DNA of 55,255 nucleotides, counting the filler, from Piptocephalis cylindrospora (taxonomy: Eukaryota): the NCBI GenBank assembly GCA_003614145.1. It is 2 parts of 2 records of this genome, joined end to end, with 100 filler letters (N's around TTAATTAATTAA, not from the genome) between each part and the next. Parts side by side here need not be neighbours in the genome. Positions count along the whole stretch, not along the records: positions 27,704 to 55,255 come from KZ987767.1; 1 more part is not named here. One strand, written 5' to 3'. This document shows positions 47,120-55,255 of this stretch, piece by piece. Every line of letters begins with the position of its first letter. Position 1 is the stretch's first letter. The position numbers and the translations under genes are program-made. The notes under the pieces are model-generated. The model ran no database searches and was not told where the DNA came from. It saw only the letters and a list, made by a program, of their open reading frames with translations.

Positions 47120-48724
47120 AGCTGGGTTACCAACGGTCTCGGAAATCTATGACCATACCTGGGATGCAGTTCTTTGAGCCATGAGTCGCATGCGACTCAT
47201 GGCATACTTTTTCCCGGACGGATTCGCCCCTTTCTCCTCCTCCTTTGAATCCTTCTCAATTCTCCCCGATGATCTTTCCTGCCCGAGTACGTGCGTGCGT
47301 GTGTGTGTGTAGAGCAAGAAGGGTCATGGTGAGTGGAGAGGGGAGTAGTTTGGCAGCGTCTTGTCATCATCACTCTCAGTGTCCGCGCGAAAAACATCTA
47401 TTCCATTGTACTTATCAAGCCCCATGTAGTGGCAAATGTGTGTGTGTGTGCGTTTTATTTGAGAGAGATGCCCCGATCCCTCTCCTCTGTGGTTTTGCAC
47501 ATGAATGAGGGGAGAGGGGGAGGAGGAGGAGGCGGTGGTGGCCTTGACTCTGATCATCAATGAGAATAGCGCTAAAGGGGAATATACCCTCCCGCCAGGA
47601 AACTGGCGTGGATATTTTATAGAGTCCCCTGGCATCTCAGGATCAGAAAGTATCAGGAGCTCAGGGATGACATTAAAAAATCCCCATCTCATCCCAACAT
47701 CTTTGTATACCACCATCATCATAAACTAGCTGATCTTATAAACTCTAGATAAACCCCTCGCTCATGCATGCGATGATGTCGAATTAGTACATAGATGTCG
47801 GAGATGATGCGTCCCTTCGGATTTAGCTCCGCTTCCTGGAAACCCCGCTCCAATCCCCCACCAAACCGCTCAATTCGCCTTGTAATTCAGACTCCGAAAT
47901 GTGAGGATGAGGACAGGTGACATATCGTCAGATGGCAGGGCAGATGATGCCTCAAGGGAGGAGAGGAAAGGGGGGAGGGGAGAGAATTACTGATCATGAG
48001 GTGTGTATGAGGACTAGACATAGCCTGAGGGAATCCTACTCTCCTCACAGACCAGGGATAGGCCCTCGTCCAAGACCATGAGGGAGACGAGGGGAGAGAG
48101 ATGGGTCGAGAAGGGAAGGGATAGTGATTGACATGGCCCCTTCCCCATGTACACCTCCCTCAAGCCCGAGTTTACGTGTGTCCCAGGCCTTGTTAGATAG
48201 AGGAAGCGTCAGGGGTTGATGACCATGACCAAAGTGTCTAATGCATATATGTGTGTGTGTGTATGTGGCGGAATTTGGGGGAGGAGGAAGGAGAGGGAGG
48301 GGGCGAGGACGGGTGGACAAGACAGCGGATAGGGGAGAGGAAGCACATGCGCACTCCACCAGTGTGAGAAAAAGGGGGTGAGGTGGAGCGGTACCTACTG
48401 AGCATGGCCGGGAGGAGAGGATAGAGGATGGAAGGTGACAATGGATGCATCAGAATCTGGCTTGGCTTGGCTGGGGAGGAGGGTGAGGCTTTAAAAAGGG
48501 GACTGGAGAGGAGGGGTCTGTCGAGTCCCAAGGCTCATTCATTCATTCCTTTCTCCCCTCTCTCTTTCGTCCTTCCCTTTCGCCCTTACTCTCCTCCCTT
48601 CCTCCTTTCCCTTCCTTTCTACCCTCGTGTATACCTCGATCCCAAGACATCTGACTCATTCCCCAGATTACACTTTTCCTCACTCAACCTTTCACTCCCT
48701 CAGCCAGCTCCGTCGAATTACACT

Positions 48725-49618
48725 ATGAATGATCCGTACGATGACAATAAGAGCGCCATGGTCCGGGAATTGGATCCGTATGAACGATCTAGGTTCAATA
48801 GCAATCTCCAGGATGCGGTCCGTCGAGGGGATACCAGAAAGAGTACGGGATGGCGGGTGTGTGAGTTCTGGGAAAATGGATCACTCATCTCTATCCCCGC
48901 TAGTCACGCATCTGCTTAAGGATAAGGTTTCGGTGAGGTACCTTCCGGGATCCTCCACACCCCTACACATTGCTACCAAATTGGGGCATAATGATTGTAT
49001 TGGAGTACTCCTTTCATTTGGCTTTGACATCAATGCTCCAGATCATGAGGGAAAAACTCCTTTGACCCTCGGTACGTGCAATAGAGGTTGTATGGACGTG
49101 ATCGGGTATACACAGGTGAATGAAACAAACTCACTTCATCTTCTTACCTAATCCCTTTGGAAAATGTCCATGCATCCTCTATCAACAGCGATAGAGTATC
49201 AGAGAGCAGACACTGCCACTCTTCTCATGGAAAATGGTAGGCTATGCCCCTTATTACTTCTAGAATGGGGATAATCTGATTTGGCGCTTTCGTTCACCTT
49301 ATCTTTACCTCCTTTCCTCCTCATCCTTTTAGGTGCCACCACCTTTTCTGCTCAGGTAATTGAACCGGTCCGAGATGATGAAATGGATGCCCTTGCTGAT
49401 TGTCTGACTGGGATGAGCAATGTAAGCTTTAGACGGTGGGGTCCGTGAGGCATCGTGATGACTTTTTTCTTCAGACGTAGCCCTCCTCCTTGGCTCTTTG
49501 ATGCATCATTAAATCTCCACTCATCAACGCATAGGAAACGGATGGAAAGTCAACGGTGGTAACCTCAGTCGATGTAAATCACCTGCTCAGCAACATGCAA
49601 GGCGTGCACTTGAAATGA
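48725..49618 (+). CDS. Small ankyrin-repeat protein, copy 2; introns 48843-48903, 49072-49188, 49237-49332, 49422-49534
   Basis: LQDAVRRGDTRK|ITHLLKDKV..STPLHIATKLGHNDCIGVLLSFGFDINAPDHEGKTPLTL|AIEYQRADTATLLMENG; four GT-AG introns keep the frame. Confidence 0.8.
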
Positions 49619-50211
49619 GCACGGGTGATAAAAGAAGATGGCCCTTCCTTCTTAGTCTTTCGAAAGCGCGTCATCGCCTCTCTACCACCTCTTCTCAGGG
49701 GCACTAGTGCCTCTCTCTCTCTCTCTCTTTCTGTGCGTGTGCCTATGAATGTATGGTCGTGTAGGCATGTGGTTTGGAAGAGTGTATGGGGGGAAAGGCA
49801 TGAAGAAAGGATGGATCACGAAGGAGGGGAGGCTCGTATGAGAGCTTTCCCTCCAAACCCTCGATCCATAGCTTCTCATCTTTCCTCCCCATCAATGAAC
49901 GTGTATCCTCAGTGGCATGACGTATTCGTGTACACTCGATTGGGCTTCCCCATGACCACCCTTTGCCTTCCTTACACTCTTTTTGTGCATTGGCCCGTCT
50001 ACTTTTAATCACCCTGGACAGCTTCCATGAAATGGGGACTAAATGTAGTTTATCTCATGTGAAGACATCCTCACCTATGCCTTCCACCGTCGACCACCCA
50101 GGGCCTATGTGTTGCGCATACAGCACACCATCTCTCAAGCGCCATGTACATCGTCCGCGCCTTTCGAAAAAAAAGCTGGCGCATTCATTCCTTGCATCCT
50201 TCCCCTCCTGC

Positions 50212-50697
50212 TTACTCGGAAGGAAATCCACGAGCAAGAACCTCAATCCAGTAGCCATCAGGATCGGTGATAAAGGCAATGTTATGCATCCGGCCCTCAT
50301 TGACTCGCTTGATAAAGTTGACGTTGAGTTCATCAAAGCGTTTGCACGCCGCCTCCAAATCATCCACCAGGATGGCAATGTGCCCAAAGCCCTGGGGATC
50401 CTTATTACCATTGTGATAGCCCTTGAAATCCGGATCCGTCTCCGTACCCCAGTTATGCGTCAGCTCCAGGACGCCCCGGCGGGAAAAGACAAAACCGCGG
50501 CGGGACTCATCCGTCCCAGGTACCTCCTCTCCCTTGTCCAAGTAATCCAAGAAGTACAGGGTAAACTTGCCCTGAGAGTTCTCCATCTGGTGGATCAGGG
50601 TCATCCCTAAAGTCTTTTGGTAAAAGTCCAACGTGACCTTGGGATCCTTAATCCGGATCATCGTGTGGTTGAGCCGGTAGCTTGATGGGTCGGTCAT
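50212..50697 (-). CDS. GLO1: Glyoxalase I (lactoylglutathione lyase), 161 aa
   Basis: NHTMIRIKDPK..LDFY..LGM, FTLYFL, LELTHNWGTE, YHNGN..QGFGHIAI, IAFITDPDGYWIEV. Confidence 0.96.
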   Translation of the reverse strand: MTDPSSYRLNHTMIRIKDPKVTLDFYQKTLGMTLIHQMENSQGKFTLYFLDYLDKGEEVPGTDESRRGFVFSRRGVLELTHNWGTETDPDFKGYHNGNKDPQGFGHIAILVDDLEAACKRFDELNVNFIKRVNEGRMHNIAFITDPDGYWIEVLARGFPSE

Positions 50698-51664
50698 ACT
50701 GAGATGGTGTCAATGTGGATATGTGGAGGATGGGGTGGGTGAATTGTGGAGAATAGGAATAGGTTTAAGTTACAACCTCTTCCTCCTCTATATTTATAAT
50801 CGTACAATGCTAGGCCTGGGGAAGAGATACCCATCCTCACCATCAGACACAAGGCGTCATAGGGTGGATCACACACGTCCATTCCCTGTCTCCTGCCATC
50901 ACTGGGTTTGAGTGGGGCAAATCTGCCTGGAAAGTGCGAAACAACTGTGCAAATATACGCGTATCCGTCATAGTGCATTGGGTCGTCTACAAAGTCAAGC
51001 AGTCAAAGATGTTGGGTATCTGTTTGTTTGTTTGTTGAAACAATTTTATTTCCTCTAGTGGGGTAGGCGCTAAAGGCATCCAAACGCATAACCCGCCTCA
51101 TTCGGCCGGCCTGTGTGGCACCAGAAACAATGTTCCTGACGTGTGCCTTGTACTATAGTTTTTGAAATGGATACTACAGAAAACCATTAGCGCATCCCCT
51201 CCCGGGGTAGATGACCATGGAATTCACAAGGAAGATGGTGGCCAGCAGTGGAGACGGTACCATTGGGGTTCTTGAGCTTGACCTAGCGCAAGGGAGGGAT
51301 AACGCGCTCGGAGTCGAACCTAAAGGAAGATTAGACGGCTAGGCTACGGGAAGTATGATGTGGGTATCTTTCAAATCGGATGATTTCAATCGGAAAATGA
51401 CAGCGCAGGGGGGTTATCTCGAGTGATCGTTCATCTCTTTCATGTCTTAGAGATGAGTGATAATTACAGTCCTAGGTTTGATAGTCTCTCCCTCGTCTAA
51501 TGACACAATCAAGGAGATAAGTAGTGATGACGGAAACCTTCCTTCTAGGCGAGTACATTACATGATAAAAGCATTGTTACTATCGCTATCACCATCCCAT
51601 TGCCGCAAGGTATAGATACAAAAGGAAGCGTCATCCAGGACACACCATAAACTCTGAGGCTCCA

Positions 51665-52824
51665 CTACCGGACTTGTCGTATCCCGGGTCCCTTGCTCTT
51701 GCCCCCCCCCTTTTTCACCCCTCGTAAACACCACCTCAATAGAGATAGGCCACCTTTCCTCCTCCTTCCCTCAGCCTTTTCTATTGATTCGGACATCAAG
51801 GCAAGGGAGATACGGATGGATCGGATCTCCACCCATCTTTCTCCGGACAATCGTCCCTCTCTCCATCTCCGCCCATGCCTGCCACCATTCCTTGATCCAT
51901 GCCCTTCTCTCTCCCCAGTCGGCATTCCAACCGGTCTCTGAGCATGGTTATTCATGGGATTAGAGAACACTTCTTCAGCCCCATCCGCGTTTGGAGGCCC
52001 AGCCCTCTGATACAGATCTTCTGGAAATGGTATATGCCTCCACACCCGATAATCCATTCTCCATCCGTCTCCCTGTAGGCAGTGCAGCCCCTCGTGGCGG
52101 ATCGGTAGCCTCCTACCTCCCCATGGGGCCTTAAGTCTCATGGGAATGGGCGTGGATCTAGGCCCTTTGAAGGGTCTGGGAAGTTTGATTTTTTTCTTTC
52201 TTCCATCCTCTTCCTTGCTCTGTTGGATAGCTTGTCCAACTGGGAGGAGGCAATGGGTAAAGGGGGAGAGGATGGGTGATCTTAGAAAGTAGGAGTGAAT
52301 GAAGCGATGAGCACTCAGTCCCTCAGAGTGGTAGGAAGGGTACCAGTACAACTGAAACTCCTTGGTCTCATCCTGTCGCTTCACAGATGATCCCGAGGGA
52401 GTGATACCCTTGATCAAGGGAGCCCCCCAGGATGCATCGACACTGAGAGAAGAGTATAGGATAATGGGTATACCTTCCCTCCTGATCCAATCGAAAGAGA
52501 GAAAGGGGGCGTTGGTCAGGTCCTAGATTAGAATCCTTGAGCATGGTCACCAAGGCACACCGGGTAAGGTGGGTAAATTGAGCCAGAAGCGGGGAAGAGG
52601 ATTGAGCACAAGCGGTACTTTCCACCAGTCGACACAGTGTATGAAAGGGTAACTGAGTAAGGATTTGTAAAATGACCTGTGAGAGTAAAGGTAAGTTAAA
52701 TATTTCTTTCAATATCCTGGTGAATCCTGGAGCGGGATAATTTTACCTCTGGAGGAAGGGCCAATGCCCCACAACGACTTATCGACCTCCCCAACATATC
52801 ATACCCGATAGGGGGCGGTATCAT
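51665..52824 (-). CDS. F-box protein, multi-exon; downstream exon structure and 3' end uncertain
   Basis: A GTAAAA..CTCACAG intron (~52677-52746) joins LALPPE|VILQILTQLPFHTLCRL, an F-box motif. Confidence 0.55.
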
Positions 52825-53915
52825 GGATGGATGGAGAAAACGTAGAGAAGAAAGAGGAGGATGAAAGAGAGATAGGAGAAAAGAGAGAGAAGGGGATGAA
52901 AGCCAAGAAAGTCGGGGCATCAGGACAGACGACCTTCCCCTTCTTTTAAAAACGATTGCGCTTAACAGCCAGAAATCGCGTGTCGGGGTCCAAGGTCATG
53001 CTGGCAGCAATGTATGGTGGGGAGGGGATGGGGGGTGGGGGAGATGGGGCCAAGCACATTCCTGACTTTCTCCCATGAGAGTGACGGTGGAAATACCTCC
53101 AGGTACACATGTAAGGCATCAGCATGGTCAAAGCTGACTGCATGTGTGGGGGGAGGCAGGAGTCTGTGTCAAAGGACCGCTGAAGGCTCTGCTTTTCCAA
53201 GATGTATGTGTGAGAGCGAGGTGTTCACCTTGGAGGGAGAGTGTGGTAGCTTGGGGCTGAAGGGAAACCCGTCAAGGCTGAAGGGGGGCAGATTTTTTTT
53301 TCCATCCCTTTCCAATAATAATTGTGATTTTTAGGCTTAAATTACCCCTATAGCCTAGATGTGTGCTTATCTACCGCATTGACCACCCACAATTGAAGCA
53401 CTGCCCCACCCTGTTAATACGTGTGTGCTCCCCTGCCCTGTGGTAGGTGGGGGGCGGTGGTGTATAATGAATATATAGTAATCGTAGTGCATATGCACGC
53501 CACACAGGCTCGTGTGACCCAGAATAAGGTCATTTGACAGGGTTGGAGAGGGATCCATCTCGTCTGATCACTCTTCATTACAACCAGGTACGGAAAAGGC
53601 ATGATTCCAGACGCAACATTTACCCATGACTGATAGGTAACGACAACAGCAACCCCTCATTCATGTCTAAAGGAAGGCTCATCAACTATTCCAAGCACTT
53701 CACGTCCTTTAAGGAAATGATTCCACTTTAGCGGGGTTTCGTGACATTTTGGCATACTATTATCAACGATACTCATATCATCAAGAGAGATATCAAAAAC
53801 ACTCATCATATCTGCTCCACTTTACCAAATTTAAGTCACGCTGTACGCCACTCGCTCTAACTCAATCCAAGGGACATGAAAGCACACAGCCACATCTATT
53901 TCTCCCCATCCATGC

Positions 53916-54752
53916 TTACCGAGCCCGACCACTAGGCTTGGCGGCAGCTTCAAAGGCCTTCTGGATCTTGGCCGCTCGCTCAGATGCCTCCACATCAGAA
54001 AAATCAGGATCCTCAGCAAGGCCCTCCCAAAGTCCCTGAAGGTCATACAGTCGATTGGCCTCGGGGGTCATAAGGTGTACCATGATATCCCCAGTATCTA
54101 AGAGGACCCATTGAGGATCCTGCTCCTCCCTACCCTGCAGAACAAGCTCCCCATACCCAGCCTTTCCCGGGAGCTCCAGGATCTCTCCACTCATGCCCTC
54201 AGCCCCCGTCTCCACGCGTTTCCGGTATCGCTTCAATCTCCTCAGTAGGGATTCCCCTACAGAGATGACCTGTCGGGATCCTCCGGCCATCTCCCCAATG
54301 ATCATCCATTGGCACCAATCCGCCTTCTTTCGTACATCCACTACTGACACAGTATGGGCCCCTTCAGTCTCGAGGAGGGCCTTGCACGTTTCCACCGACC
54401 AGCTTCCCAGTTCAGCCCCGTCCTCCGCCGCATCATGGGTCCCAGGTTTCTCATGGGCCGGTCTCGCCCGCCTCCACTGGGGCACCTCATACTCGGTATC
54501 TACATACCAGTCTTTTTCTACGGGAGCCTTGGGTCTCTCTGACTCGGGTAAGGGATCGAGGGGCCAAGGTGGGGTACTGGTAAAGTACCGTAGTCCATGG
54601 GATCGAAACAGATGCTGGGGGGCGCGAACACTCATCGATGGGACGACGCCTCGTCCTAGGGACTTTAGATTGGCAAGAGGTTTCCAAAAGCGTGTTGACA
54701 TGAGATGACGAGGTCGGGAGGAGGATGCACGAACAAAGGACATCCTGGGCAT
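53916..54752 (-). CDS. Mitochondrial RsfS/Iojap-domain protein (Atp25 N-domain / MALSU1-like)
   Basis: Arg/Ser-rich presequence, WYVDTE, LLETEGAHTVSVVDVRKKADWCQWMIIG, QGRE..QWVLLDTGDIMVHLMTPEANRLYDLQGLW. Confidence 0.85.
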   Translation of the reverse strand: MPRMSFVRASSSRPRHLMSTRFWKPLANLKSLGRGVVPSMSVRAPQHLFRSHGLRYFTSTPPWPLDPLPESERPKAPVEKDWYVDTEYEVPQWRRARPAHEKPGTHDAAEDGAELGSWSVETCKALLETEGAHTVSVVDVRKKADWCQWMIIGEMAGGSRQVISVGESLLRRLKRYRKRVETGAEGMSGEILELPGKAGYGELVLQGREEQDPQWVLLDTGDIMVHLMTPEANRLYDLQGLWEGLAEDPDFSDVEASERAAKIQKAFEAAAKPSGRAR

Positions 54753-55120
54753 ACTTGCCAACGGTCTTGACAGATAGACCCATGGGCGGGACGAGGTGGG
54801 TTATCTCGGTCAGGACCAGATCGGAACTGGTGCTAAAAAGAAAAAACCATGAATTTGGACTGTTTTTCACACATTCCACAATGGGCGATCGTGTGGTGAG
54901 CCTTGGTCCATTTTTATTTGATCCATTTCCCCTTGATCCTGACTGGTGTTGACAGAGTACAAGTAGCTATGAACAAAAAACATGACCAGTCTATTTCACA
55001 GTGATTAAAACATCATCATGATGTGGATCTACATGAAGGGAGCGCATATATCCCCCCTAGACCAGGACCCCCACGAGCTACCAGTTATAGCCCAGATCAT
55101 CATTCTATTTTCCAGTGAAA

Positions 55121-55255
55121 GACGGGGGCTGAGGGCATGAGTGGAGAGATCCTGGAGCGCCCGGGAAAGGCTGGGTATGGGGAGCTTGTTCTGCAGGGTA
55201 GGGAGGAGGATGCACGAACAAAGGACATCCTGGGCATACTTGCCAACGGTCTTGA
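55121..55255. repeat. Chimeric end: inverted copy of 54123-54210 fused to a direct copy of 54716-54770
   Basis: Near-exact matches (1 mismatch in the inverted part), joined at GGGAGGAG microhomology (55201-55208). Confidence 0.9.

Noticed and set aside
51300..51355. tRNA-like GGTTCGACTCC with an upstream TAGCCTAGCCGTCTAA on the minus strand
   Set aside because: No room for an anticodon arm and no acceptor stem. It reads better as a branch point (CTAAT) plus TTTAG acceptor.

Overview
This is gene-dense eukaryotic (fungal) nuclear DNA with short GT-AG introns. Gene content, intron style and chimera artefacts suggest an early-diverging fungus, possibly a zoopagomycete such as Piptocephalis, sequenced from amplified DNA; the taxon is an inference only. 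Recognisable genes in order: Argonaute (intact DEDH tetrad), JIP5/WDR55, RRP43, Maf-family pyrophosphatase, a coiled-coil WD40 protein, RPS26, NAM9, BEM1/Scd2, BAP31/YET, NOT3/5, SUP35 (eRF3), PCNA, NUDT19-like Nudix, ABHD11-like hydrolase, scramblase/AIM25-like, glyoxalase I, an F-box protein and an RsfS/Atp25-like protein. Lineage-specific material sits between them: three orphan secreted proteins, a tandem pair of intronless orphan 7TM receptor-like genes and a tandem pair of small ankyrin proteins with a shared unknown C-terminal motif. There is a 100-nt scaffold gap with a TTAATTAATTAA linker and three inverted or duplicated junctions that look like amplification chimeras. I found no rRNA, tRNA, CRISPR or intact mobile element. 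The best candidates for new biology are the 7TM pair, the ankyrin pair and the secreted effector-like proteins. All splice models were read by eye.
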